DNA from: Hyphochytrium catenoides
Taxonomy: Eukaryota; Protista; Hyphochytriomycota
Length of the DNA stretch: 64,000 bases
Assembly: GCA_900088475.1 (NCBI GenBank)
Contig: FLMG01001065.1
Span: 4,093-68,092, forward strand
Reading direction: 5' to 3'
Shown here in pieces: positions 22,151 to 35,175 of the stretch (position 1 is its first letter; each line of letters starts with the position of its first letter). Both the position numbers and the translations under genes were made by a program. The notes beneath the pieces were generated by a model, which was not told the origin of the DNA, made no database searches, and was given only the letters and a program-made list of their open reading frames with translations.

Positions 22151-23633
22151 ATGAAGCTCCTTCGTGGCATCACTCTTCCTCTTCTTTCCTCTCTCCTTCT
22201 TTTCTCTCTCTCCTCTTCTGCTTTGGAGAGACGGGAAGAGGGAGAAGAGACAAGACTCATCTCTCTCGAAGAGAACAGTCAAGTTTGGATGACAGAGAGA
22301 GAGATCATGGACTTGGTAGAGAAAAACATTCCCTTTGTCGATGTAACAGACGGCGTCTGGGACTGGCTAGCGAGCAACTCTCTCTCTTCTTCCGCTTCTT
22401 TCTCTGGAGAAGGAGACAGAGCGCTGGGCTTTCCATCGAAATCTTTCCAGAAACCTTTGATCACGAAGATTATCAAGGCCATCGACACCTCGTTCTTGAA
22501 AAGTTTCCTCGATCAGTTCACAGCTTTCAACAATAGATATTATACCTCGGCCACCGGCCTTCAAAGCGCAGAGTTTCTCTTCAATGAACTGACGAATCTG
22601 CAGGAGAGAGTCGCGAGAGAGAGACCTGATCTCTCTCTTAACGTGACAAAGTTCCAGCACTCGTGGCAGCAATTCTCTGTCATTGCTTCTCTCTCTCCCT
22701 CTTCTCCCCCGGACTCTTCTTCTCTCCCTCTTCCCGGCTCAAGAATCGTCCTTGGCGCCCATCAAGACTCTGTTAACAGTCGAAACCCTTCTAATGGAAG
22801 AGCGCCTGGTTATGACGATGATGGGACGGGATGCGCCAACAATCTGGCGACACTGAGGCTCTTCATAGAGGAGAAGAGCTTTGTACCTGGAAGACCCATT
22901 GAGTTCCATTTCTATGCTGGTGAGGGGAACAAGATAAAGAGTAGAAGCTCTCGTATCTCTCTTCTACCGCTTTCTCTCTCTCTCCTTGTCCTTCTCTTTC
23001 AGGTCTCTTTTCTCTTTGCTTCTTCATCGCTCTACTCTCTCTCTCTTTCTCTCTCTCCCTTTACCGTTGCTCCTTCTCTCCTTCAATCCTTCCTTTCCTT
23101 AGCTTTGATTACCGCTTTTATCAACTCATATCGTCGAGGCAAAAGTCAATCTAACTAAATCTCTCGCTCCCTCTCTCTCTCTCTCTCTCTTTCTCTGTCT
23201 CTTTCAAAAAACAGCCGAAGAAGTCGGTCTCCGCGGCAGTCAGAACATTGCCCAGCAGTACCGGACCGATAAGAAAGAAGTGTATGGCATGCTTAACTCT
23301 GACATGACCGGTTATCCCAGCAATAATCCCGTCTACGCCATCGTCACCGACAACGCTGATCCTTCTCTCACGTCTTTCCTCCGTCTTCTCGCGAGAGAGT
23401 ACTCCTCTCTCCCCGTGGTAGACACTCGCTGTGGCTACGCTTGCTCTGACCACGCCAGCTGGAACAGACTTGGCGTCCCTGTGGCGCATCATCATGAGGC
23501 GACCATTGAGACTGACAATCCCAAGATTCACTCTACGGACGATGTGGGAGAGATTCTCTCTCTTAACCATGCTGCAGAGTTCCTGAAGACCACCATTGCC
23601 TTCGCTGTGGAGCTCTCTCTCTACCAGGGATAA
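22151..23633 (+). CDS. Secreted M28-family Zn aminopeptidase (bacterial-type leucyl aminopeptidase-like); exons 22151-22919 and 23215-23633 (~395 aa)
   Basis: Signal peptide; IVLGAHQDS, RAPGYDDDGTG; phase-1 GT..AG splice restores HFYAAEEVGLRGS; MLNSDMTGY, CGYACSDHASW, IHSTDD. Confidence 0.92.
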
Positions 23634-24493
23634 GCAGGAGGACAGTTAAAGGAGAGAGGGGCTTAATGTCTCTCTCTCTCTCTTTGGGCTGGCTTCTCTT
23701 CCCATTTTTGTTGATGTTTGTTTGGTCTTTTCATCAGAAGGAAGCACGCTCATCATCATCAATTTGTATGTCTTTTCTATGGCGTTTTTATAAAATAAAA
23801 GAGACGAATGCTCTTCCACTATGATTATTGCCGAGAGAAATCAGCTTTGGTTCTTCTTCCTTCCTCTGATGATGATGATCAGAGAGAGAAAGTAGAAAGA
23901 GTCTTAGGACTCCTTAGCCCTGGTCCTTTCCCTTCTTCTTCGCGACAAAAGAGAGAGAGAGAGATCGAACTAAAGAAAAGTCAATCTCCCGAACGTATCG
24001 TCGAAGAGAATCTACTACTCTCTTTTCACAATGCCTCTGAGTGCCTGAGAGAATAAGTGCCTCTCGCTGAGGATCGTCTCTCTCTCTCTCTCTCTCCTCA
24101 AGAGGGGATGACACAATGAGTTCTTTTTTGAGATAGAGGACTCTCTCTCTCTCACCACACACACACAAATGCCGCGTAGGGAAAGACATAGATAGCAGAG
24201 GAAGAAAGGAGACGGGAGGGGATAAGAAAAGCGGAAAGTTGTTCAATATTCTCTTGCCTGTAGGCTTTCTTTAGCTTCTTTTCTTCGCCATCGTTTCCCC
24301 TCTCCTGCGGGTTCAGCTCCATCCATCGGCCCCAGGAAGGACTAATATAATGGTCAGTCTTCTCTCTTCCCTCTCCTTTGATGTTGGTCTTAAGTAACCT
24401 ATGGAGAGAGGAACTTCATCGTGATGACAAGTTTCCGGTCCAAGGCAATGATGCTCTTGAGAAGAAAAGAAAGAGAATATTGTTAGAGGTGAG

Positions 24494-24546
<53 letters not shown>

Positions 24547-25029
24547 TCAGAGAGAGGAGTGGCGAATGGGGGGTGGGGGGAGAGTGAGAGTGACCGAAAG
24601 ACGAGAGGAGAGAGATAGAAGGAGAGAGCGACGGAAGAGAAAGGGAGAAAAGGGATTGGGGGAGAGAGAGAGAGAGAATGAAGGAGAGAGAGAGAGTTCA
24701 AATAGACCGGTATTGATGATAATCTAGCTCTCTCTTTATGTGAAACAAATATGCTATACTATGGACAAAAAATAAGTAGAATGAAGGGAAGAGCTTGGAC
24801 AAGGAACATGCTAAAGAGGAATGAGAGGGAGAAAGTCATGCTGAAAATGGCCTTCTGCCTTCATTCTTATGATGAAGAAAAGAGAAGAGAGAGAGGGAGA
24901 GAGTAACACAGAACAGAGTCTTAGATCCATTCACGATGATGCCTGCTGGCTGCGTAGCAAGCGAGCGAGACAGAATGCGGGAGAAAGAAGAAAAAGCGGT
25001 AGGGAGAAAGAGAGAGAGAGAGAAAGAGA

Positions 25030-25322
25030 GAGACACCTCCCTACTCCTTACTCGGAGTAGGCAAACATCACCAAGCTTGATGCCATAATCAGCATCCCTA
25101 GGACAATGCCTTTGGTGCAGATCTTGAGAAAGAAGAGAAAGAGGGAGGAAGAGAAAGAGAGAGAGAGAGAGAGCGAGAGAGAGACAGAGAAACAGAGAGA
25201 CACTTCCCTACTCCTTACTCGGAGTAGGCAAACATCACCAAGCTTGATGCCATTATCAGCATCCCTAAGACAATGCCCTTGGTGCAGATCTTGAGAAAGA
25301 AGAGAAAGAGGGAGGAAGAGAA

Positions 25323-25353
<31 letters not shown>

Positions 25354-25459
25354 GAGAAAGAGAGAGACACCTCCCTACTCCTTACTCGGAGTAGGCAAAC
25401 ATCACCAAGCTTGATGCCATTATCAGCATCCCTAAGACAATGCCCTTGGTGCAGATCTT
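25030..25459. repeat. Tandem triplication (~167 bp unit) of the last ~24 codons, stop and 3' flank of the ZIP gene
   Basis: ccctactccttactcggagtaggcaaacatcaccaagcttgatgcca...ggtgcagatctt at ~25039, ~25206 and ~25373. Confidence 0.9.
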
Positions 25460-26614
25460 ATTCTTCGGATCGAGAGAGAACGCGGACGGCAGCAGTTCCT
25501 GCACCACCACCATCGTCATCATCCCGCCCACGACCCCAAATAACCAGCCAAAGGTAGCTCCAGAGATGGTGTTGTCTCCTCCGCTGGCAGAGAGAAAGAT
25601 CCAGGCCAGAAAGGCGCCAAAAGGCTCAGCAAACGTGGCGACAAGCGACCAAAGACAGGCTTTTGTCTTGCTTCCCGTGCTGCAGTAGACAGGAACCGCA
25701 ATGGCAAAGCCTTCAGGGACATTATGTATGGCGATGGCAAGGGCGATGGCGGCGCCAATCTGAAAGTTGTCAATGGCGCCAACATAGGTGGCGAAGCCTT
25801 CAGGAACATTATGCAGGCCAATGGCAATGGCAGCCATTATCCCTACCTTCTTGAGGTCAGCAAACTGCCTTTCTCTCTTCTCTCCTGCTCCAACGCCGTC
25901 TCCTCCTGCTGCTGCCGCTGGGTCGTCTTTCTTCATACTTCTAGGGTTATAGCCGGACTCTCTCCTGCTCATTCTTCCCTCTTCTTGCTGCTGATAGCTA
26001 GTCATCGGGGAAGCGGCGTAGCCCTGATGAGGGAGAGACGAGTCATCGGCCGGAGGAGAGAGAAGCATGCTCAGTCTTGGGGCGTGGGCGTGCTCCCCGT
26101 CATCGTGGATAAACTTATGGATGAGCAGGTCCAAGAGAGAGATCAGCGCCATTCCTACGAAATAAGCGATCGTAGAGCACAGCGTTGCCTTTCCTAGGGA
26201 ATAGCCATAGGTCTCAAAGTGCTCTACAGAGTGAGTCAGAATGTCAACGAGAGAGACATAAAGCATCACGCCTCCAGCGAGAGAGAGAGCGCCTGCCACA
26301 AAGAGGTCAGAGCCCGCTGTCTTCGCCTGCAGATGCTTTGTACAGAAGATAATGCTCGCGCCCACGAGAGAGAAAGCGCCCGCGCCGAACGCAAGGCCAA
26401 AAGCAGCGCCAACGCTTCCTTTCATCTCTCGTCCTGCTTCTCCTGTCATTGTGTCTAAGGTTTGTTGCTCAATTTGCTGCTGTTGCATGCCATCATCGGG
26501 AAAGGGGAAGGCAGATCCTCCGCTGCCGCCGCCAATTTGCTGCTGTTGGGCCGCCTGTTGGAGGTGGCGAGAGAGGCCGACAAGGACGGAAGAGTAAGAA
26601 ATAGGTGGGAACAT
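25382..26614 (-). CDS. ZIP family (ZupT/GufA-like) divalent metal transporter, intronless
   Basis: LSLAGGVMLYVSLVDIL, His-containing loop HDDGEHAH, two HNVPEG motifs (GLHNVPEG, AIHNVPEG), AEPFGA, GGMMTMVVVQELLP. Start codon uncertain. Confidence 0.92.
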   Translation of the reverse strand: MFPPISYSSVLVGLSRHLQQAAQQQQIGGGSGGSAFPFPDDGMQQQQIEQQTLDTMTGEAGREMKGSVGAAFGLAFGAGAFSLVGASIIFCTKHLQAKTAGSDLFVAGALSLAGGVMLYVSLVDILTHSVEHFETYGYSLGKATLCSTIAYFVGMALISLLDLLIHKFIHDDGEHAHAPRLSMLLSPPADDSSLPHQGYAASPMTSYQQQEEGRMSRRESGYNPRSMKKDDPAAAAGGDGVGAGEKRERQFADLKKVGIMAAIAIGLHNVPEGFATYVGAIDNFQIGAAIALAIAIHNVPEGFAIAVPVYCSTGSKTKACLWSLVATFAEPFGAFLAWIFLSASGGDNTISGATFGWLFGVVGGMMTMVVVQELLPSAFSLDPKNKICTKGIVLGMLIMASSLVMFAYSE

Positions 26615-27129
26615 GATGTTTCTTGCTTCTTCTTCTCTCTTGTCGGCAGTGAGAGAAAAAGAGAGAGAGGGCAGAGACGTAGACAGAGAGAGAGAGAGAG
26701 GAAAAGAAGACCTAACTGGTCGTCAAAGGTAGGGCTTTGTGCGCTGCTACGTTTGCGAGCTGAGCGCAGAGAAGTTTTGCCACCCGGCGATGGGCTGTTG
26801 AGCAATAGCAGAGATTGCAAAGTGAGAGAGAAAGAAGCCATCTTCATCGGTCCCTCTCTCCCGTTCCTCTTCTGTCTCCTCTCTTTCTCTCTTGTCATCC
26901 TGGCATCCTCCTCCTTCGCTTTCTGAGTGACGGCCGGTCATCTGTTTTGTCCTCTTTCCGATGCGATGAGTCCAACCAAGCGAATAGAAGGAGGCTCGTT
27001 GAGGCCATAGGAAGTACCAAGAGAAGGTGAAGAGGATAGATGGGCAGAAGAGCTGGAGAAAGAGAGAGAGCGAAAGAGGGAGAGAAAGAGAGAGAGAGAG
27101 AAAAGTATTCTGAGTAGCAGAAAGAGGAA

Positions 27130-27482
27130 ATCGCTCGCCAGGCGCAGAGAGTTGACTACCAAGAGTTCTCTTCTCACACCAGGGCAGAAAGGAAAACGTT
27201 GTTGGGAACTGCAGGGTTCTGCTGATGGCCTCTTTTCCGCAACTTCTACTGTGCTCTCTCTCTCTCTCTCTCTCTCTCGCTTTCTTCTCCTTCTCTCTCT
27301 AGCTTTTTTTTCTCTCTCTCCCTCCCTCTCGTCATGCGTATCCTGAGAAGCAGAAAGAGAAGAAAGCTAGCCAGGCGCAGAGAGTAGACGACTAAGTTTC
27401 GTCCCACGGCAGGGCATAAAGGAGAAGGTTGTTGGGAACTGCAGCGTTCTGCTGATGGCCTCTCTTCTGCAACTTCTACTGT

Positions 27483-27541
<59 letters not shown>

Positions 27542-27721
27542 AGGTTTTCTCTCTCTCCCTCTCGTCATGCGCATGCTAAGTGGCAGCAAGAGGAAAGAAG
27601 CTCGCCAGGCGCAGAGAGTAGACTACCAAGAGCGAGCTCTCCTCCCACAACAGGGCAGAAGTGAGGACGTTTGTTGGGAACTGCAGGGTTCTGCTGATGG
27701 CCTCTCTTCCGCAACTTCTAC

Positions 27722-27752
<31 letters not shown>

Positions 27753-27760
27753 CCACTCAC
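27130..27760. repeat. Three diverged tandem copies of a ~234 bp unit upstream of the ZIP gene
   Basis: gccaggcgcagagag...gttgggaactgcag[gc]gttctgctgatggcctct...gcaacttctactg followed by (CT)n at ~27137, ~27370 and ~27604. Confidence 0.85.
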
Positions 27761-28545
27761 TCTTTCTCCCTCCCTCTCTCTCTTCTCTTCTCTTCTCTTC
27801 TCTCTCTCCCCCTCTCATGCGCTTCATCCTTCATCGATCTCCGTCTCTCCCATTGCCCCTGGTGGTCGGACAATCATCGGTCTTCGTTGTCATTGCACCA
27901 GAAAACTGCACCAACAATGCGCCAACGACGGCAGAAACGGCGCCGCCCAATAAAAGTGAGTTATGTTTCTGCATAAAACTAAAAAAGAAAAGGGGTCAGA
28001 CACCTTTCGGCCGAAAGTGAAAAGGAAATCTGGTCACTTAGAGTTATCGCCGCAGGAAGGCAACAACGTGATATTAGTTTAGCAAGAACCCCTTAGATTT
28101 GGTATGCGGTCCTTTCGTCTCTTTTCATTTACCTTTTACTACCGTAATAAATATGTTGAGTTTCCCTAACCTCTTGTATATCTTTTGAGCTAGTCTCGGG
28201 TTTGATCGCTAATTTAGGGCTTTTTCCCTGCTAATGTCGCGTTGGGCTTCTTCTCCGACATTTCTTGAAATAAACCACACTCCCCAATATTCCAGTATTT
28301 TATCAAGGTAGCGCAAGCGCGTTTTGTAAAGAGTCACTGTTAGAACTATATTTATTTTTTTCAGAGATTTCTAGGTTCATGTAGCCTTATTTCTTCCCAA
28401 ATAAGAACAGTAAGAATTTTTGACTTCCCAACACAAGAACAGAGCAAAAAAATAGAGAGAAAGCCCTAGACTGCTGTGTATTCTGGTGTAATACTATAAA
28501 GTAAGTAATATTAAGTATTGTACCCTAATAAGCTGCCTAATAAAC

Positions 28546-28896
28546 TCTTCTTCTTCTTCTTCTCTTTCTGCTTCGTCTTCTTCTTCTATTTCTCCTTCTG
28601 CGTCTTCTTCTTCTTCTTCTTCTTCTCCTTCTCCGTCTTGTCCTCCTTCTTCTTCTGCTGCTGCGTCTTCTGCTTATTCTTCTTCTTCTTCTCCGTCTTC
28701 TTCTTCTTCTTCTTCTTCTCCGTCTTCTTCTTCTTCTTCTTCTTCTTCTTCTCTTTCTTCTTCTTCTTCTTCTTCTTCTTCTTCTTCTTCTTCTTCTTCT
28801 TCTCTTGCTTCTTCTTCTTCTTCTTCTTCTTCTTCTTCTTCTTCTTCTTCTTCTTCTTCTTCTTCTTCTTCTTCTTCTTCTTCTTCTTCTTCTTCT
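28546..28896. repeat. Long (TTC)n/(GAA)n trinucleotide microsatellite
   Basis: ~350 bp near-perfect ttc array; source of the poly-F/R/E/L ORFs. Confidence 0.95.
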
Positions 28897-29663
28897 CCGG
28901 CCTGTCGTTGATTCTTCAGCGGATCGCGGGGTAGCTCCTCCCATTGTCGTTCATCAGCTTGGTCATCAGCTTGGCTGGCTTTGTCTCTATCATTCTTTGC
29001 CCACATATGAGAATGACTCAGTCCATAGGATGCCGACTAAAGGCTGAGGAAGTCGAACCTCGTCATCGGTAACGCTACAGAGATATCCCTCGCTCTGGGC
29101 ACCAGGAGGTCCTTCACTCTCATTGTTGAGCTTTGTATTCTCTCTTGTTGTTGCTGCTGTGCTCATTGCTCTTCTTCCCGTCAACGCGGAGTCCCTGTAT
29201 GCTAAGCTTGTAGGGGATAGGCTTATATCCCAGCTCAACCGAGTCCGCAGGCATTATGGAGACGAAGATGAGAATGATGAACAAGAGTGAGAAGAGTAGG
29301 CTGCCCAGGCTCTGGCATCCATGGAAAGCTATGGCCGAAGAGAAAGAAGGAGCAGAAACAAAGACCAGTGCCATTGAGGAGAAACGAAGAAACGTTGATC
29401 TTCCTCGAACAACTAGAAATGAGATAAGACAATCATCTTCTCTGTCACTGCGTGGCCGGCGTAAGTCCCTGCTTCCTCGGTCTTCCTTTCTTTCTGGCCA
29501 GTTCGTTGTTTCTCTTGTTCTCTTCGCCTTCTCAGTAGTCTGCTGGGCATTGCTGAACAGTTGCTTGATAATAAGGGGCCACTCAGCCGCAATATAGGGA
29601 ATTCTTATAAAAGGTCAATAGAAGTAAACTGGCAATGAAACTTTTCTTTGTTGACGACTGCTC

Positions 29664-29712
<49 letters not shown>

Positions 29713-29804
29713 CTCGCCCGCTCGCTCTCACTCTCTCCGTCTGTCTCTTCTTTCTCTCTCTCGCCCCGCTCGCTCACTCGCTGCTACTCTTCCTCCTCTA
29801 CTGT

Positions 29805-31082
29805 TCAGCTCTCAGGTCTCACGGCCTTCTTGCCGCCGCCGCCTGCGCCCGCTTCTTGTTGGCGCGCGATGGCTCTCCGCACCGTCTTTCTATAAAAACG
29901 TTGAAATGGATCCATTAAGAGCTTGAAGACTTCCATGGCCGCAGGATCCCAGAAGTTAGGAGCTCTGCCTCTGGAATCCTGGTAGAGCGCGATGAGCTGC
30001 CGCCGCAATGAGGCAGAGATGTTGATCTCCATAATGGCGTGCGGCGCAATAAAGAGCTCCATTATCTTGGCACTAATCTGCTCTCTCTCCTGATCTGTCG
30101 ACGCCTTGCGCGCTTTGTCTGTCATCTTGATGAAGGCGATGTTCTCCACACAGAGCTCTTGCACGAGGTATTCCATAAACGCCTCTACGATCGTTTCGCG
30201 CTGGAGAAGGAGCTGTCGAAGATCCTCTGGGCTGCTCACACTCTTGAGCTCTACCAGTTGCTGCTCATGCGTAATGATCATGGCTCCACCGCTTGTCTTT
30301 CTCCCTGCTGCGGCTGGGAAAGATGCCTCTTGGACCACGGTGGCTCCTGATGCTGAGGTTAGCAGGGACAGACCGCCTGCTGCTCCTGCTCCACTCGATT
30401 TCTCGCCAATACTGTTGAAGGAGACAGTCTTCTCGTTCTCATAGCGGTAAGAGTCATACAGCGCAGAGATAGAGATCAGCCAGGTGACCAGATGGTTCGC
30501 AAAGGAAAAGACGAGGATGGAGAGACCGTAGACAGGTGTGAAGGCCTTGGGCCCGATGAGGCTGAAGCTGATGGGGATGCTGTCCACGAAGACAAAGCCA
30601 ACGAGCATCACGAGCGACGCCTTGATGAAGCGGCCTTTCATGTTGAAGGCTTCTTTTACATCTTTCAGGAGGAAGAGAGCCGCTGCGGCAATACCTAGAT
30701 TGAAAGAGATCGACGTGCTGATCCCAAGGGGCGTCTTCCATGATTCAGAAGAGAGAGAGAGAGAAGAGAAAGAAACAGAGAGAAAGAGAAAGAGAGAGGA
30801 GGAAAGAAAGAAGAGAAGAGAAGAAGAAGAGAGGTCAGCTCATAATCGCAGCGATACGGTCAAGGCAGAAAGCACTGTCAATGAAGTAGAGACGCAGAGA
30901 AGAGGATGATGGACTAGAAGACAAGGGATAAGAGCTACGGATAAGAGATCACGAGGAGGAAGAGCATTGTGGAAGAGTGAAAGCGTCCTCCTAGAACTCG
31001 GGTGGAGAAGGAGAAACAATAGCAGCAACCGCAGGGAATGAGCGAGAAAAAGGAAGAGAAGAGAAGAGAAGAAGGAGAGGGG

Positions 31083-31116
<34 letters not shown>

Positions 31117-31201
31117 GAGATGAGAGAAAAAAGAGAGAGAGACACAGAGAGAGAGACACATACACACACACACAGACAGAGACAGAGACAGAGACATTGA
31201 C

Positions 31202-31256
<55 letters not shown>

Positions 31257-32452
31257 CAGAGACAGAGACAGAGAGCGACAGAGAGAGCGAGAGAGAGAGA
31301 ACTCACATCAATATCCTGAAAGTTGTTACACTCTGCGCTAAGCAGTGACTTGTTCCAGTGACCCCAGGTCCTGGCCGCTCTCGGAAGGACACCGAGCCAG
31401 GTCCAGGCCCAGGAGACTGCTGCCGCGGGGCCAATCACCTTATAACTGCTCAGAAGCTGATAGTGAACCACAAAGAAGCTTGACGTGTTGCCCACCAGGA
31501 CTTCTTTGCTATAGCGGCTGTCCAGCCAGAGCTTGTAGATAAGATAGAGGATGATGAACATCGTCGGCACCAGAGGAATGTCCCAGAAGAGCAGACTGAC
31601 CCAGCACGGGACAGACTCTCCGCCCGTGGTGATGGGCAGAGCGGCGTGCCAGACCGTGAACGGCGTGAGGAGCTCCTGCGCGATGATCACCTTCATATTC
31701 AGCCTGGTGAAGGGGAACATGTTCCTTCTCTTATACATTTGATAGGCGGAGACAGGAGAGATGATGAAGCCAATGAAGACCATGAAGACGCCAGGATAGT
31801 GGCACCACCAGATGTCCATCGCCGAGTCATTCAACGCCGCTGGAGCCTCCGTAGGAGCCACGTCCGTGGTGGTTGGGACAGGAGAAGGAACAGAAGAAGA
31901 AGAAGGCGTCGTGGTGGTGGGAGAAACATCGGCCATCCTGTCCTCTCCTGCTGCAGTGTTATCGTGGGTTTGAAGAAGAGAGAGAGAACGTGACGACGAG
32001 GGAGGAGCGTCTCTCTTTTCCTTGTTTTCCTTTTGATCATCAGTCTTTTCTTCTTTCTCTTCTTCTTCTTCTTTTTCTAGAGCTTTGTTGACCTGGAGCA
32101 GCTCTTCTTCTTCTTCTTTCCTGCAGCGGAAGGGCAGGTCTGCTCCATCTTCTACCTTCCGCTTCCATGTGCCAAACGGCCAGGAGAAGGTAGAGAAGAG
32201 AGAGAGCGCACTTGCAGAGGAGGCAGCGGTGTCTTCTTGGGGAGAAAAAGAGGAAGATAAGCAGTCTCTCTCCTTCTCTCCACCAGTAGCGTGATAATAG
32301 TGTGGGAGATAGCGGAATGCGAGAGAAGTGGGGAGAGACGAGAAGAGGAAGAAGAGAGAGACAAAAAGAAAGAGGAGAAGAGAAGAAAGAGGGAAGCCTC
32401 TCCGGCGAAGAAGAGAGAACCTTGATGACGAGAAAGACTTTGTCGCTTCCAT
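29805..32452 (-). CDS. 7TM-RGS protein (GPCR-like membrane domain fused to RGS); exons 32452-31307 and 30734-29805 (~691 aa)
   Basis: N-terminal hydrophobic leader, Ser/Thr-rich stalk and multiple TM helices (YKRRNMFPFTRLN, VPCWVSLLFW). Donor GTGAGT at 31306 and an in-frame AG acceptor at 30736-30735. RGS domain FMEYLVQELCVENIAFI...FIAPHAIMEINISASLR...WDPAAMEVFKLLMDPFQRF. Confidence 0.85.
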
Positions 32453-32654
32453 TATTCTGTTCCTGGTCGCTAGTCGAGTCTCTCTCTTTCTCTCTCTCTC
32501 CCCTTTGCCTATTGCCTTTGAGCACTTCAAGCAGTGGATGCTGACCGGGAGAGAGCTCACTTCGAAGTCTCTCTTGACTTACGCGGCGCTTGGAAAGAGG
32601 ACGAGTAGCTCTCCCTTCGGGGAGCAACGAGACTTTCTGCCCTCTTTCTCTGTC

Positions 32655-32694
<40 letters not shown>

Positions 32695-33026
32695 CCTCTT
32701 TCGTACGCTCACTGCCCAGCATGCAACGGCAGCAAGAGATCACTTCTTCAAAGAGCTAGCTTAGCTTCAGCCAGCGAGCAGAGAAGAGAGAAAGAGAAGG
32801 AGAAAGAGAAGGAAAGAGAGAAGAGGGATGAAGAGTTAGAGAGAACAGATGAGCACGCGAGAGAGGCCTGGAGCAAAGCGTTACCCTGCCTGGAAGGCCG
32901 CCTCCCATAGGACGTATGGCAGACAGAAGGAGGAAGGGAAGGTGCCCTCATCATAAACGAGGAGAGGAAAAGAACTAGAAAGAAACATCACCGCTCTTCT
33001 CTCTCCTTTTCTCTTGGGGGAAAGGA

Positions 33027-33068
<42 letters not shown>

Positions 33069-33849
33069 CGTCATTGCAGATCACTTTCTTCCTTTTCTTC
33101 TTCTTCAGCAGGATGATTAGGAGGCCCCTGTGAGGCAGAGAAGAGCCAACACCCCGGAGAGACCGAGTAGAACGAAAGGAAGAAACCTCTCGGTTGCAGT
33201 GCCTTGGTGATGGGAGGATGTGCCTGTTTCCTAGTCTCTCTTCTTTCTCTCTCTCTCTCTCTCTTTCTCTCTCTTTCAAAGGGATCGCCAGGTGGGGAGG
33301 ACGGAGGAACCCAAGAGGAACGCGCCGCCTGTTTGCAGGACCGGCGGGAGGAACAGAAGAGGGAAGAGATCCTCCTCCCCGCGGTGATGGGACCGACGGT
33401 TGTCCCTCTCCTCCAACGAGACGCACCACCGCCTTCCGCTGTCTTAATCTTCTTGGTGTCCGTTGCAAGTTTCTTGTGGACGGGGGGTGGGTGTGTCCCC
33501 CCTGGCCTCCCCGTGTCTCCCCTTCCCTCTTTCTCTTTGTCTCTCTTTCTCTCTCTTCTCTCTCTTTCTCCTCTTTCTCTCCCACTAACTTTCCTGCCTC
33601 TCTCTCTCGTTCTCTTTCTCACTCTCTCTCTCTCTCTCCCTTCTTGTCTCACTGCATCTCTCCTCTCTCTCTCTCTCTTCTTCTCTCACTCTCTCACTCT
33701 CCTCTCTCTCTTTCTCACTCTCTCTCTCTCTCTCTCCCTTCTTGTCTCACTCACTCCATCTCTCCTCTCTCTCTCTCTCTCTCTTCTTCTCTCACTCTCT
33801 CACTCTCCTCTCTCTCTTTCTCTCTCTCTTTCTCTCCCTTCTTTTCTCA

Positions 33850-33880
<31 letters not shown>

Positions 33881-34116
33881 TTTCTCTTGCCATAAGGGTT
33901 GACAGCTTTTGCAGCAGTCTGCTACGTCCGTTACATGGGCGTGGTGGCTCTTTCTTCTTTCTCTCTCTTCTTTCTCTTATTTTGTCTCTGCCGTTCAGTC
34001 TCTTCTCCCTAGCGGCGCGCCATCTTTGTCGTTGGTGAGGCACACTCCCTGCCTCTTTTCTCAGCCATAATGGGTGGCAAAGGAGTGTGAGCAGACATCA
34101 AGACAGGAGAGAAAAA

Positions 34117-34172
<56 letters not shown>

Positions 34173-34759
34173 AATGATGATGGGAGGACTACTACCGCGG
34201 AAATAAACAATTTCTGACATACTCCCAACAAAAAGATGTTTAGAAAACGAAGAAGAGAAAGAGAGAGAGAAGAAGAGAGAGAGAAGAGATGGTGGCTTGA
34301 GATTTTGTGAAGAGAGATAATGGGCTAGATGATGGGAGGATATATTATAGGCGCATGGAAGAAGAAAAAGAGAAGGAGGAGAGAAGAAGGAGAAGAAGAG
34401 AAGAAGAAGAGAAGAAGAAGAGAAGAAGAGGAGGAGGAGAGAAAGGAGAGCAGAACTCATTATTTATTTTCTCTGTGATAAATGTCTTGGCGCTGCTGCT
34501 CCTCGAGTGGCGAAGGCAATGGAAGGGAGAGAGAGAAGCGGTGTCGAAAGCGGGCCCTAATAAGGAGAGAGAGCGCCCTGAGTCCTATAGAAAAATGAAA
34601 GGAGCAAGCGGGCTCTGCCACCTTTAGCGTCCTTCTTTCTTCCTTCAATGGCGAAAGATAGACAGGAGCCACAAAAGCAAGGAAGAAAGGAGAGAGGGGT
34701 GGCAGAGACATAAGAGAGGAAAACAGAGAAGAGGAAAACAGAGAGANNNNNNNNNNNNN

Positions 34760-34794
<35 letters not shown>

Positions 34795-35136
34795 GGAAGC
34801 GAGAAAGAGAAAGAAAGAAAAGGAAAGAGAGCAAGAAAGAGGAGAGAGAGAAAGAGAGAGAAAGAGAGAGCCAGAGAGAGAAGAGAGAGGGAGCCACAGC
34901 GAGAGGGAGAGAGAGTCCGTCCGCTGACAGAGGCAGCTTGGCGCAGTGAAAAGGCTGAGAGTGAGAGCCCCAGAGGAGCCAAGGTCGAGGTACTTTTCCT
35001 CCTTAAGCTAATGACTGAGGTTCCTTCTGTCCCATGTGCGGGTCCGCGATGTTTCTTCTTTAGACAGACGAAAGTGTCTTACCTTTTTTTGCTGGTAGCG
35101 ATGCTAAGGAAGGAAGGGATATGAATAGAGAACAAA

Positions 35137-35175
<39 letters not shown>

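Noticed and set aside
25030-27760. CRISPR-like array from the periodic repeats
   Set aside because: Units are 167-234 bp with homologous rather than unique spacers; eukaryotic context and no cas genes
28518-29047. Poly-F/R/E/L ORFs
   Set aside because: Products of the (TTC)n microsatellite
32881-34100. Gene in the overlapping ~230-aa ORFs
   Set aside because: No recognisable domain, and I could not build a consistent spliced frame
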